In this document: positions 38,052-51,315 of the stretch, in pieces
Numbering within the stretch: position 1 is the first letter of the stretch
Layout of the letters: the number at the start of each line of letters is the position of its first letter
NCBI RefSeq assembly: GCF_037042905.1
Contig: NC_087245.1
Coordinates: 43,278,001-43,342,000, forward strand
DNA from: Lytechinus pictus
Taxonomy: Eukaryota
DNA length: 64,000 nt
Direction: 5' to 3'
Translations under genes and position numbers: made by a program
Notes under the pieces: generated by a model
Databases searched by the model: none
What the model was told of the DNA's origin: nothing
Seen by the model: only the letters and a program-made list of their open reading frames with translations

Positions 38052-39633
38052 GTTGCCATGATGACAGGAACAAATCGAGGCCATTAAAGAGAAGGTGTAA
38101 GAGAAAACGGGAAGACAGTGATAGCACTGTGTGTGATAGTGACGAAGACGAGTCAGATTTTTCACTGTACCAGCCTGAGACCAATGGTTCATCGGACTCA
38201 CATACGTCAGAGGAATCACTTTGGGATGAAAGAGAAACTGAAACAGATAATCCTAGGAAGAGAGTACTGAAAACACGTAAAAGTATCACTTCCAACATCA
38301 CCGCTACTCTGCCAAGAGTTCAGCATTATGAAAGTGGATATCAAGACCAGTGGACAGAAAATCAGAACAGCCTTGTAGACCTTCAAACTGAAGAAGATGA
38401 TGACAATGATAGTGGAAGTGAGTCTGACGAAGATGGCATCATCAGAGATACACGCATGAAATCAATATGTAAAAATGGTGAAAAAGTCATCCACTACATC
38501 TGCACAGCAGGTGCAAAGAAAAAATCAGATAGAGTATATAACTCTACTCATGCTTGCCCATTCTGTTGTAAAATGGTAACAAACTTTTCTCAGCACCTGC
38601 TTGGAAAGAAGCATCAAGGAGAACCTGAAATTATGGAACTAATGAACTTGCAATAGAGTAAAAAAATGATGACCAAACTACCCAAGATGCCAAACGAGAG
38701 AAGATAAAGAAGCTCCTCTCAATTCTCAGAAACATGGGTGACAACATGCACAATGTTAAGGTCTTGAAAAAACAAAAAGGGAAACTGCTGTTATCACGAA
38801 GGATGAATGAAAGTCATTTTACCAAAGAAGACTATGGGCCGTGCCCTTCTTGCTTAGAAATGCAGTGTTATTTCACGACATCAGAGATCATGTCCAGCAA
38901 AGCAAAATAACTCTGTTTCTCACAAAAGGAAGCCTGCTGCTTCAGAGTAACATTATATCAGGAAGAATCTCTGGAAATCCAAGCCTTGCTCTGAAAAAAG
39001 AAGTGCTCCCAATGATGAAGCATGATCAAGTAGGAAAAGTAGTCAGGGAGGATGCACTCATCATTGCAATCGGCAATGACTACATGAAGCGTAACGTTGG
39101 GAATCAACTGATGCGGAAGCATTATGCTTCTGCTGTGATGCGGCTAATGGCAAGGCTGTTAATCAATTTGAGATCACTTGCCACACCATTCCTCAACATT
39201 TCAGTCATGTGGCTGAAGCCACAATAAAAACATGCCAGCCAGATGAAGCAGATGAGGAAAACCTAAAAGCTCCCTCACATGCCCTTAAATTGGGTACCGA
39301 CTTGAAGAGAATTACATTGATCACTCTTGCCAATGCGATCAAGAATGGAGATCATTCAAGAAGAAAAGCAGCAAAGGACTTTTTGACGCTTATGTCAATA
39401 GAGTGGTCAACTAAGCTAGAAAGGGTGCTGTTGCAAGAACGAAAGAACAAGAAAAGGCAGCCTTTGCCTCTACCCAAGGATGTGGAACGGTTTGCAGTCT
39501 TTCTGAAGGAAGCAGCTTTGAGTGCTGATCTGAAGGATTACTCATACACAAACTTCCACAAAAATGCAATCATAGCTCTGACCAACCTCATACGTTACAA
39601 CAGACAGAGACCTGGGGAGGTGCAAGCACTATC
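38052..39633 (+). pseudogene. Second, divergent Crypton-like tyrosine recombinase (large exon, N-terminal part)
   Basis: TAG acceptor at 38051; acidic region, HACPFCCK...HLLGKKH, RNMGDNMHN, YGPCPSC, DALIIAIG, APSHALKLG, LPLPKDV, YNRQRPGEVQAL then GTAAGT donor; several frameshifts and stops. Confidence 0.72.
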
Positions 39634-40366
39634 GTAAGTCATTATTTCATAGTTCTATAATATTTAAAGCCCCTCAAACGGTATTTGGACCCCCCAAAAT
39701 GTGACAGCAAATTAAAATTGTACTAACATTTTGTAAACTATGATGTGAATGCATGACTATGTCATTTCACACTCACTTCTGCAAAGAATATCAAAACAAA
39801 ATGTCTTTTATTGATTGAAACAAACAAAATTGTAGTATTGATCGACATCCTCTGTACATTATACAGAGCATCCCAGAAAAAAAAAACAGAGACGCACTGT
39901 ACAATCAATTTCAATTTTGCTATTTGGTACCTAACCAGTTTAGAGCAGCATTCTTATAAATGCCAAAAGGATAAAATCATCTTTGATACTGTTTTTACGT
40001 AGTTTCTTCAGAAACTTTCCAATAACTTTACAAGGATACTAATGTAGGTAACCTGTAACTTCCATGCAAAAAGTATAACTGCAATGTAGCTGAATTTCAT
40101 AATGACATCATAAAATCATACTCCAACTTTTAATTGTAATTACTTGTAGCATCTATACTGGATTTAGATGATAATGCATTAAATGCACAAGTTATCACAA
40201 ATAGTGTGGTATGTTTTAGAATAAGCATGGAATCTGTTTGCTTTTCTACTTAAGCTGTAAAAATTCGTTAAAAACAAAACAAACAAAAATAGAAAAAAAA
40301 TGTATTGACATTTCTCTCAGCATAGGATTTGAATTCGTAACCTTATATTTTCTTGGATATATTTTT

Positions 40367-41491
40367 AAACAAGTGTAATGCCTCTGGCGGTCTCACCTGC
40401 ATCATGCGATTCAATATAGCAGCAGTGCTAACTTTGAAAACTACTATTATTCACAAAAAAACATCATTCATATAATGATACAATACTACACGTTCATTGA
40501 CATTTGACCTTGATCATGTGACCTAAAACTTGTCGGTGATACTTGATTACCCCTATATCCACATTTTATAGCCTACATCTATAAACTTTGAAAGTTATGA
40601 CAGCAATCTAATAATTACCTCTAAAATGGCCAAAGTTCAATGACCTTAAATGATCTTTGACTTTGGTCATGAGACCTGAAACTCGCATGCGATGTTCAGT
40701 GATACGTGATGACTCTTATGTCCAAGTTTTATAAACTAGACCAATATACTTACAGAGTTATGATGGTAATTCAACAAATACCCCCAACATGGCCAAAGTC
40801 CATTGACCTTTCACCTTGGTCATGTGACCTGAAACTCGCACAAGATGTTCAGTGATACTGGGCACTCTTATGTCCATGGTTTATGAACTAGACCAATACA
40901 CTTACAGAGATATGATGGTAATTCAACAAATACCCCCTACATGACCAAAGTTCATTGACCTTAAATGACCTTTGACCTTAATCATGTGACCTGAAACTTG
41001 CACAGGATGTTCAGTGATACTTGATTACTCTTATGTACAAGTTTCATGAATCAGATCCATAAACTTTCAAAGTTATGATGGTCATTCAACAGATACCCCC
41101 AATTTGGCCAAAGTTCATTGACCCTAAATGACCTTTAACCTTGGTCATGTGATGTGAAACTCGGGCAGGATGTTCAGTAATACTTGATCAACCTTATGTC
41201 CAAGTTTCATGAACTAGGCCCATACATTTTCTAAGTTAAGATGACATTTCACAAACTTAACCTTAGGTTAAGATTTTGATGCTGATTCCCCCAACATGGT
41301 TTAAGTTCATTGACCCTAAATGACCTTTGACATTGGTCATGTGACCTGAAACTCATGCAGGATGTTTAGTAATACTTGATTAACCTTATGGCAAAGTTTC
41401 ATGAACTAGGTCCATATACTTTCTAAGTTATGCTGTCATTTCGGAAAAGCGGCGCCTAAAGTCTCACTCTGCTATGCAGGTGAGACAAAAA
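40367..41491 (-). mobile_element. HINE-like element with internal ~145-bp tandem repeats
   Basis: AAACAAGTG...GTCTCACCTGCAT at one end and GTCTCAC...GTGAGACAAAAA hairpin at the other; repeated TGACCTTTGACCT units; homologous to 60671-61856. Confidence 0.75.
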
Positions 41492-41529
41492 CTAACCACA
41501 TAAACAGTATGTACAGCATTAATATAAAA

Positions 41530-41968
41530 TGGAAATGAGGCTGTTTACAAAACAAGCAGTGCTAAAAGCAAAGCCGTAGCAAGAGCTATGCGAGTGCTTC
41601 CAAAGAATCCGGACAAGTTTGCTGGAGTAATGTCCACAATTGTAGGGAAAACTACACCCAAGCACAAATCTGCTTTGAAAGAAAATGCATCAGCCCCAAA
41701 ACAAAGAAGACTACTTTTCTACAAAAAAACCTATGTGAAAACTGTACTCCATCGCATCAGAAAGAAGAGGTCAACCAGGCTCCTTGAAATGCGGAATTTA
41801 CTTCATCAGGTTGTAGTTGTGAAGAACAGACTTAAAAAGAAAACCGCCCAAAAACACCTTGGGCTAAGTTGGAACTTTCTCTCTAAATCCCCACGGAAAT
41901 GGAAAGATGGATGTAAGCGACGTAAAGATGCACTAGACGAAGACACTATTGTGCCGCGTATATTCTAA
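41530..41968 (+). pseudogene. Possible N-terminal fragment of a Sola2/Zator-like transposase
   Basis: Basic ORF with RAMRVLPKNPDKFAGVM...TTPK and KRRKDALDEDTI; no catalytic part visible. Confidence 0.35.
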
Positions 41969-42389
41969 GTGCTTTATACCAGAAAATAACATGCTGGTAA
42001 ATGTATGTTAACATTTACAATGTCTTTATTTACCGGGATGACACATAATCACTTTGGTTTGATTTATATTCATCTGTATAAGGTAGGTACAGTATATATA
42101 TAGAGCTTCAACTGATACAATGGATCTTTGTTTAAGTAGGAGAGGGGAGAATTGGGCCAGCAGAAAATACATGAATTAATGAAATGATAGGAGAGTGATA
42201 GGAAGCATACACTAACACATGAAATAAATGTGCAATGTCAAGCAGGAGCTCCAACCCCAAACTCATACATTCACTTTATGACCAGTACAATTGAATGGCA
42301 AATGTCTAAATACATTTTTCTTTTCTTTTCCTGCTAATGTTACTAAGGGTTAGAATTGTCATTTATTTTTGTGTATATGTGTGCTTCAG

Positions 42390-42695
42390 GTCCACAAGCC
42401 TGTGACTGAATGCTTGAAGGACACAGTAACCAGACAGCCCTCCTTGCTAGCGAAGGGCACAAAGAGCAAAGTTTCAGAGATCTTCCTTCTGATAGAAGAG
42501 TATGCTTGCCCCATCCATCCACCAAACATCATCAACGCATTTGACATACTCTTCAAGAGTTACTATGTGTTCAAGCTTGTTTACCCTGTCCCAGCTTCTA
42601 GCTTCTATCTGTATCTCCAGAGCCAAATCTTTGGATTGCACCATGATGGCAAGCTGCCAAGAATAAGAGAAATCATACTCCGTTCATTGCAATAA
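42390..42695 (+). pseudogene. Terminal exon of SAM/SAMD3-like transposon accessory gene
   Basis: CTTCAG acceptor; QPSLLAKG...IFLLIEE...AFDILFKSYYVFKLVYP...FYLYLQSQIFGL...PRIREI*. Confidence 0.7.
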
Positions 42696-44217
42696 TTGGT
42701 GAGTTTTTTACTAATGCCAATGGCATGAGAGTGTTGAATTGCATGAATATGAATTCAGGTTTTGGATGGAAAGATTAAAAACCAAAAGTTGATTGACATG
42801 TTGGATTTGGCTTAAATCATTCAGAAATGTTAGTGATTGGGGGTCTGTGCTTTTCACATTGTTTCAGGTTCTTGTCCCCAGTTTCAAGTTTTTAGCTCCC
42901 CTGAGCTGAAGGCTCAACGTGAGCCGTTGCCATCCATATTTTCTGTCTTCCTTAAACTTTTTACATTTTCATCTTCTTCTCCAGAACCAGTAGGCGAATT
43001 TCAACCAAACTTGCTGGGGATTATCCTTTATGATTCTTAGGTGGTAGGGACCAAAAGTTGTTCATATGGAGCATGTGGCCCCCAGGGGGCCTAGGGGGGA
43101 GGGCTTCCAAGGGAAAAAAAGGGGTAAACTTTATCTATCTTCTTCTCCAGACCCAAAAGCATTACAGTCAAGATATCTTGTGTGTACATACCTTTATATA
43201 TGAAGAATATATTTGTTAATTGCAAGACATAGGATGGCCCCCTTGGGCCCCTAGAGGGGGTGAAAGTTTGGGGGAGGGGGCCCAAGGGGGAAAAAACACA
43301 TTTTCATCTTCTTCTTCGGAGCCAGTGTGCGGATTTCAACCAAACTTGGTGGGGATCATTTTAGGGTGAGGGAACCCAAAGTTGTTCATATGGGGCATGT
43401 TGCCCCCAGGGGGAGGCCCTCCTCCCGAGAAGGGAGAATCTTGTGCTCCAGACCCAAAAGCAATAGTCAAGATATGTTGTATATAGATACCTTTAAAGAT
43501 GAAGAATATAAGCAGTTCATGGCAATACCTGGGATAACCTCCTTGGACCCTAGAGGGGATGAAAGTTCAGGGGGGAGCAAAGGGGGGATCAAATTTTCAT
43601 CTTTAAAACCAGTTGGTGGATTTCAACCAAACTTGCTGGGGATCATTCTTAGGGGGACCTACTTAAACAAGGGTGGACTTTTTGTAGGGTCAGACAATGT
43701 TTACTTGTCCTTTAGGTCAATAGAATCTATTTTCCCGTAGGCTTTTTGTAGGCGATTTTCTACAAGAGGGAGAGATGATCAAAGACAGAATGACTAAACA
43801 CTTTGTAAGGAAGCACAAATGTACAAATAATCTGGGATGTGCTCTCAAATAATACGCAAAACCTTGTCAGAGAGCTTGTTTGAAACAATAATCCAATATT
43901 GGATCATTACAATATATCAGCTTATGTTAGGTCCTATGAGAGGATAGTAAAAACAAAATCAGGAAAGAAATAACAAGAAATCAAAAAAGAGTCTTTGAAA
44001 AGGACTCAAAGAAAAAAACTCGTTTAGACGCTCATGATCAATGCTAGTTCAACGATTTGGCACAGTGAAGTCTAGAGCAACTTGCCAGGAAAGTCTACTA
44101 ATGACATCAACAGCTTGTCAAGAATTTTTTCAGAGAAAGTACAGTATGTAAGACATATTGGAGAAGACATTCTTTTGAAGCAAGTTACTAAGAATAACAA
44201 CGTCAACGCTTCACAAG

Positions 44218-44543
44218 CTTAGAATCAACAGAAAGAGTATTCAAAGCACAGCATTACAATGAATGACTTCGGCAGAAACTGCTCAGTTACAGAGGGATAA
44301 TGCTGTGAATTCGCCCAGTGTTAGAATGGTGAGACAAAGACCAGATCGCAAGTACGGCGAACCGGATTTCGAACACCAAACTTAGAATCAACAGAAAGAG
44401 TATTCAAAGCACAGCATTACAATGAATGACTTCGGCAGAAACTGCTCAGTTACAGAGGGATAATGCTGTGAATTCGCCCAGTGTTAGAATGGTGAGACAA
44501 AGACCAGATCGCAAGTACGGCGAACCGGATTTCAAACACCAAA
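44218..44543 (+). repeat. Tandem duplication of 163 bp
   Basis: 44218-44380 repeated at 44381-44543 with one visible mismatch. Confidence 0.95.
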
Positions 44544-44913
44544 AATATTTGCGTAATGCACTTTGCCAAATTGTCTCAGCTACAAAGTCAAGACGTACCA
44601 AATACATGTATTTGAACAATAGTAGCAGGATTCACTTCATCCTACCACTATTCAAACCATCGCTACTCAAGCCATATTTAGCTATCTCATCTGGTTTACA
44701 GTCCTTTTTAGGACTTCACTCACTTTCAAGAAAAGAATACTTCTAATTTTCTCTTTTGATCCTATCTCGTCTTTCCATTTCAATTTTTCTGCCTGTCTTT
44801 CCTTCCCTTCTTCATATTAAACATGGTGAACCGTAAACCTTCTCCATGCAACATATTTAAGTACTACACATTGTTGTAATTATGATAATCATAGTAAGTC
44901 CATGAGGAGATTT

Positions 44914-45293
44914 CCGATTGGTCTAGTGCCAATTCGTCCAGTTCCCAACTAGTCTACTATCATTTGGTCTACCATCAGTTCGTCCACTATCCACATGGTC
45001 TAATTGCCATTTCGTCCACTCACCATTTCATCTAATAACCAGTTGCTCCAATAGCCATTTAGTCCATATACCATCTGGTCTAATTGGACTAAGTGTTAAT
45101 TGGGCGAAATGAATGAAAAGAAAGTGGATATTAGACCAACTGGTTATAAGACGAAATGGTCATAAACGAACTGGTGATTAGACAAAGTGATGATTGGACC
45201 AAATGGTTATTGGACTAAATGGCATTAGACAAAATGAAGGTAGACCATGTGATGAGAGGACAAGTTGGCAATAGACAATTCGGCAGTTTACCG
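44914..45293. mobile_element. Foldback MITE built of ~20-bp sub-repeats
   Basis: CATTTGGTCTA/TTCGTCCA units in the left half mirrored by TAGACCAA/TGGACCAAATG units in the right half. Confidence 0.6.
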
Positions 45294-45556
45294 ATGGGGA
45301 TCTAAACATCTTCATGGCAGGTCCTGGACAAGAGTAATAACACTATTGGCAGAGATGGGAGAGCAAAACAGACTTCCCAATTGCAATGAAAATACAGGGT
45401 AGCCCATCGCATTTAAAGTCTGATTAAAACTAAAGCAAAATATAATAATCGTACGCCTGTCAAGCAGACCCAGTGTGAGTAGGTCAAACTAATTTTTACT
45501 TCAGGAAGTAAAATCCAAACAAAAATTTTCAGAAAGGAGAAAATAGTGTGTATTCT

Positions 45557-46045
45557 CAACAAGGCATACGCGAATTTGTGTCTCGCCCACTTAAGAAAAT
45601 AACCAGAAATATTGTGATTTGCGAGGGCACGCAACAGAATTGTATCAAAACTTCATTGTGAAATGACTGGGATGGAATAACACTTGTGATAAGAGTCTTG
45701 CCCATAAACTTTAATGTTGACCTCAAAATGAACTTTGACCATACCATGTGACCTCCAAACACAATAACATGCAGGTCCCCTAAGTACACCTACAAGTTTG
45801 GTCGAAAAGTGACTTACGGTTGCAGAGTTATGTCATAAGAGGGTCTTGCATGTAAACTTTAACGTTGACCTGAAAATTACCTTTGACCTTACCATATGAC
45901 CTCCGACTGCAGCATAACATGCAGGTCCCCCTAGTCCATCTACAATCCAAGTTTGGTTAAAAAGTGACTTAGGGTTGCGGAGTTATGTGTCATAAGGTTT
46001 GTGACGGACGGACGACGGACGACATTTGGATCCCTAAGACAAAAA
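45557..46045 (-). mobile_element. HINE-like element (second copy at 57699-58217)
   Basis: Collinear with 57699-58217; (GACG)n tract, ~125-bp internal repeats; this copy lacks the terminal GTCTCGCC...GGCGAGAC hairpin. Confidence 0.75.
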
Positions 46046-47229
46046 TTGGTTTAACCAATGTAACATTGGTTTAACCAATATAATTCAAAAATTGGTTTAA
46101 CCAACAGTCGAGCTTGTTGTACTCGTGAGGTGATCAATCTCTCAAAGATGGGGGATGAAACATCGCTGCGAAAGCCGAGATCAGGGAGCTGCATTGCTTT
46201 CGAATCACGGTATCAAATTACTAATCAATAGAGCCCCTAGGCACAAGCTATATCTAATTGCTCGTAGAGTCAAAATATCACAATAATGATTTTTTTTTCA
46301 CACCACTAGCCTAAATTCTCAAACATCACATAGATCAGACTGTCATTCATCGATCCAGACATACTGTCACATTCATTTTATCCAAAGACACACTGATAGC
46401 GGCTCATACACACATCAAGTTTTTTACAATGAAGGGAACTAATCACCTTACAGCTTGTAATTTCAGTGTGCAGCCATAAAAAACTGCTTTAACAATTCCC
46501 TTTTTTAATGTCAAGGTACCCTCTTGAGATTGGTTTAGTACGTGGGTATGAGAATATAAACACACGTGTGAAATAGTCACTTTCTATCATCTTTCAAAAG
46601 GTAAATAACAAATTTCATCTTAAAAAGAGAGAATTGAAAATCCTGTTTTTGCTTGAATTTTAGCAGAGAACCATAGCCATTGATAATGCTGTTTAACATT
46701 TTAAGGGTGATAAGTCCCTTTTTAGTCTTGTGTTCAATCAAAAATATCTAATATCACTAAATCATTCTTGAAATATATACACCTAGGTTCATTGTACATG
46801 TACATTCAACAAAACTTGTAGAAGCAATTCACAATGCAATGCCACCAGCATACACATTCATCCTAATTCTGTAGGTCAATGGTGCATTATTCTGATGGTG
46901 GGCAAACCCAAAATACATGTATTTGTAAAAATCATTACCAATCAAGGTAAATGGCATTCTGGTTAATAAGGAGTCAACTTAATGAAACAAATAACAGGGC
47001 CTATTTGCACAAACTTATAGTTGGTATGATATACTTGGGAGTAAATAAAAATAGCATTATGGTTTGGAGTATTTCGGAATTCAGTTCTCAATCAGTAAGC
47101 CTTGGCCAGGCTTACATCAAAGGAAGAATTCTGTTCATGACCACAGTATGAATGGTATAGGTTTAACACATGTATCTTGGCCATGCCCAGATAACAACAT
47201 CTAAATCAAACAATAATTTCATAACCACA

Positions 47230-47232
<3 letters not shown>

Positions 47233-47279
<47 letters not shown>
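47233..47279. repeat. (AT)n microsatellite
   Basis: Uninterrupted AT run. Confidence 0.95.
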
Positions 47280-47288
<9 letters not shown>

Positions 47289-47973
47289 AGCAGCAAACTA
47301 CTATCATATCCAGTGATAATCAATGAGATCCATCATCCCTTCAAATGTAAACTCCAATATTTCAGCTCAGTACACCAAATCACACAAGATACCTGTTTCA
47401 TGAACACTTGGCTTAAGAGGAATCAGGAAATGTTACTTGACTTGGAAGATTCTCTGCTCCTTGTCAGTGTTTTGCTCTGTGGGAAAGGCATTCAAATCAT
47501 CAGTCAAGTTCAAAGATGTTATGGAGCTTAAAGTTCTGTTCCATGCTGACAAGTCATACTATGAAAAGGTAGTGTTGAACATAAACCAGGAGTGGCACCT
47601 ATCTTTAAGTTAACATGATGGCTATCTTTGAAATTAATATGCTTGTTGAAGTCTTGTTATGCAAAACTTTATCAAGGCTGTCAATGTGACGTAGATGCCG
47701 CTAAGTTAAAGTCAAGTTCAAAGATTTTCGAGAGCCTTACGTCTTGCTCCAGGCTCATGGATTGCATGATGCAACAGGAGTAATGAGAACTGTTCTGCAG
47801 ATATCAATGTGATCAAGATACAATCAAGTTCAAAGTCTCTCTCGAGTCTTTTCTTCTGGATTATAATGAACCGGTCAGTTGAAAAAGGTGAGCTTGCAGA
47901 AGTGTCCTGTACAAGCAGAATATTATCATTCAGCAATTACTGGATATGTAGAAAGCATAAAAAACATTGTCCA

Positions 47974-48945
47974 TTACCACACATCAAAGTCATCTGGCAA
48001 ATCTTCAAGACATTCATCAGGTATTTGAAACCGTTGACGCACCAGTTCACTTTTGTCACAACTGCCCAATGCCCTGGCAGCTTTACCTGAACATGGACAT
48101 GCAGAATCTGTAACCATTGGTTGTATTTCAGAAACCATGTGACATCTTGACCCTGCGGAAGATGAAATTGAATTCTGAATGTTGCTCAAAATATCACTCT
48201 GGAGGGTTCTTGAGATGGGACAACAATCGGGATGATCAAAAGAGCCTTTACACTCCATTTTCTTATTTTGATACGACTCCTTAATGTCACTCTGTCTAGA
48301 CGTTCTGCTACTGTGATGATGACTTTCATGTGTGTCGGCAAAGTCGAATGTGCTTACACTGCTCATCTCATCACTGTTCAGATTTTCAGGTTTACTAACT
48401 TCTTGTTGAGTTGAAAATGCTCCGGAAGAATTATCACAATTTTCAAGTAGCTCTCCCACCTCACTATTCTCCCTGTGCGAATAAACGTTATCAAGTGATT
48501 CCTCTTCTCCAAAGTCATCTTCAACATCAGTGTCAGAGGCAGGTTCTGCAAACGCAGCCCATTTGCTGTTTACAGATCCACCAGCTTGAAAGGAATTTTC
48601 TTTAGGCACACTGGTTGTATCATGACGTGAAGCAAATTCAATAGAGATTCCTTTGCAATGCTGTTTCTGGTCTTCCTCCTTGCTGATGACAGAAACAGTT
48701 TCCTCCGCCTTTTGGGTCGTCTGGCCATGATTGTAATTTTCACAGTAGGTAATAGGGTCATTCTCCAGGTTGGACAAGTTTGCTTGTCTGCTTGAAGGAT
48801 TCATATTTCTCTTCCTCTGGCTAACATCATCCTGCGAGCAGTGGCTTTCCCAACTGGGTTCCTTAGCTGAAGAACATCCAGGGTACAGGCCACTCTCCTG
48901 CTGATTAGACTCTGGCAAGGTATCCCAATCACTTCTGCTACCCTC
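47974..48945 (-). CDS. MRNIP: MRN complex-interacting protein-like, last coding exon
   Basis: TTTACAG acceptor, phase 0, 324 codons to TAA; low-complexity with SKWAAF motif; in frame with upstream exons. Confidence 0.75.
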   Translation of the reverse strand, partial: EGSRSDWDTLPESNQQESGLYPGCSSAKEPSWESHCSQDDVSQRKRNMNPSSRQANLSNLENDPITYCENYNHGQTTQKAEETVSVISKEEDQKQHCKGISIEFASRHDTTSVPKENSFQAGGSVNSKWAAFAEPASDTDVEDDFGEEESLDNVYSHRENSEVGELLENCDNSSGAFSTQQEVSKPENLNSDEMSSVSTFDFADTHESHHHSSRTSRQSDIKESYQNKKMECKGSFDHPDCCPISRTLQSDILSNIQNSISSSAGSRCHMVSEIQPMVTDSACPCSGKAARALGSCDKSELVRQRFQIPDECLEDLPDDFDVW

Positions 48946-49438
48946 CTGTAAATGAAGTGTACAACCATTACATTACATTAACCTTGCAATTTCAAACAAA
49001 GCAGTGCTGCATTTATACTAGATCTTAATTGCAGGGGATAACACCCCAAACCCATAACATGATGCATTATTGAGCTAAATTTACCTTGTCCATCACAAAA
49101 AACTTCAGTTTCATTATTCCTTGGAATTAAAGAATCACATAGGTGCCATAATATATTCATTTACAGGGTTGGCAAGCTTCAATCGGTGCGATTTAAAACA
49201 CCGCATAGACTTGCGTGTTGTAAATTTTCATGGTTAGAAGAATGTGGTTTTCTTTAATACTTCTATTTCTTAAGCTGTGTATTAGTTTCGTCTAACTAGC
49301 TAAAATTCCTTCTCAACACCACTCTTTTTCACCTCTTTCTCTTTCCCCCATTATTCTCCCCGTCTCCATTGCTTTGTCAACTTCCTTTCCTCCCTGTTCA
49401 ATTGTGCACATCAATCCATAAGAATAATCTCATTTTAA

Positions 49439-50040
49439 AGGTCAAGTCCACCCCAAAAAAATGTTCATTTGAATAAATGGGGTAAAATCAAACAAGCATT
49501 ATGCTGAAAATTTCATCAAAATTAAATGTAAAATAAGAAAGTTATGACATTTTAAAGTATCGCTTAATATTTTTCTCAAAACAATAATATGCACAACTCG
49601 GTGACATGCAAATGAGACGGTCAATGATGTCCCTCACTCATTATTTCTTTTGTTTTTTATTGTTTGAATTATATGTTTCATTTTGTACAGATTTTACAAT
49701 AAGGACCAACTTGACTGAACCATAGTATTAAACAATGCTTATTACACCAGGAGGAATTCAGGGAGGAATTAATTAATGTTTCACTGTACAATGAGGAGAA
49801 AATAAGAATATTTTACATTTCAAATGATAAAATATGAAAGAAATAGTGAGTGATGTCATCAGTCTCCTCATTTGCATACTGACCAGGATGTACATATAAC
49901 CGTTTTGTGACATTAAGTGAAACTTTTAAATGTCATAACTTTCTTTTTTACATCCAATTTTGATGAAATTCTCAGTGTTATGCTAGTTTGATTTTTCTCT
50001 TCTTATTCAAATCAACTTTTTGTTGGGCTGGACTTGTTCT
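49439..50040. mobile_element. TTAA-flanked Kolobok-like MITE
   Basis: TTAA|AGGTCAAGTCCACCCC...GGGCTGGACTTGTTCT|TTAA; same family as 24552-25140. Confidence 0.8.
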
Positions 50041-51123
50041 TTAACAAACATATCTGAGTGTTCTGCTCACTTTTTGGACAGGGAAAAAAACACTATTAGA
50101 AATAAACTCATAACGTAATGGTAGTACTTGAATGAAGTGTTGCACAAGCATAACAATATTTTACAAAAAGACTGTACTTCTGACATCGTACTCTTGAGGT
50201 ACATGTGAAAGCTTTGCGATTCGAAAAGATGTAGAAAAGTACTTTAAATAGTATACAAAAATCAGCTAGCAAAATTTAACCCTAACAGTCCTAGGGGACC
50301 TTAAGTTCCCCCTTAAAAATTTATATGATAAATCCATAACACGACAAGGTTACGTCATATCGTTTAGGACTATTTTGGGGATGCACGTATGGGTAAGCGG
50401 TTATGATATTACACAAGAGTATGTCTAACCCTGTATTGCTTAAAAATGTGATTTTATGTGTAAATTTAATGTGAATTCTCGCCAAAATTTGTATCTGTAT
50501 CATTATTTATACTTTTTTGTTAATGATTGGAATATTATTGACAATCCCATTAAAAATAATTTTAAAAAAGTTTGAAAAAACGTACATAAGAAATTTAAAG
50601 AAAAAGTTTAAAAACATATTTACACTGACTTTGTGTTCTAATATGCATTTGATCAGAATTCCCCAATTAAACAGATAAGCAGATCAAAGGCTTATTTATA
50701 GATTTTAACCTGAACTTCTATTTCATGCACTAAAATTGGCGTAATTGATTCAAATGAAAAAAGCATACTGATAAGAATTGAAACCCTGTAGACTATGTCA
50801 TTTTCTACCATTGTGCAAATTCTTGTCACCCCAACACCCAACCCCCTTAAATCATACAGTATAGTTTAATCGATTTACAGAAAATTGTATAATTCGTTGG
50901 AGAAAAAAAAATTAAAACCATTTAAAACGTTTTAATACAATAAAAAACTTTTTTTTTACGTGTTTTATTACAACCCTGATAGTAGAGCAGGTTACAGTCA
51001 TCAATTGATTTTTCCAAGGCAATACTTCATGTGCACTCTGTATTAATTTTCAAAAGGTGAGTCTGACAAAAGGAGCAACTCTGACATATTCCAAGAACAC
51101 AGGTTATACAGTTTGTTCAATAC

Positions 51124-51215
51124 CTGTCTGCTGCGCTTGTTAGGTAGGTTGCTGTTATAGCGGTTCTGACTCTTCTTCCTCTTAAATCGAGATGGCCTTT
51201 CTGTAATGACATATT
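51124..51215 (-). CDS. MRNIP: MRNIP-like internal exon
   Basis: CCTATCAG acceptor, CAG|GTATTG donor, 92 bp, phase 1 in and 0 out; EYVITERPSRFKRKKSQNR...KRSRQ (NLS-like). Confidence 0.75.
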
Positions 51216-51315
51216 CTGATAGGGAAAGGGGATGAAACAAGTGTTATAATGACCATGGCAACCTCATGAAGTTATGCAATTCTTTATTGAGGCATCTTTT
51301 ATTTTGTGACATATA

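Noticed and set aside
43760..44220. Possible decayed Penelope-like or other retroelement ORF
   Set aside because: Purine-rich and coding-like, but with many stops and no diagnostic motif I can identify
47229..47531. 100-aa ORF with IY repeats
   Set aside because: Translation of an (AT)n microsatellite, antisense in the likely MRNIP 3' region
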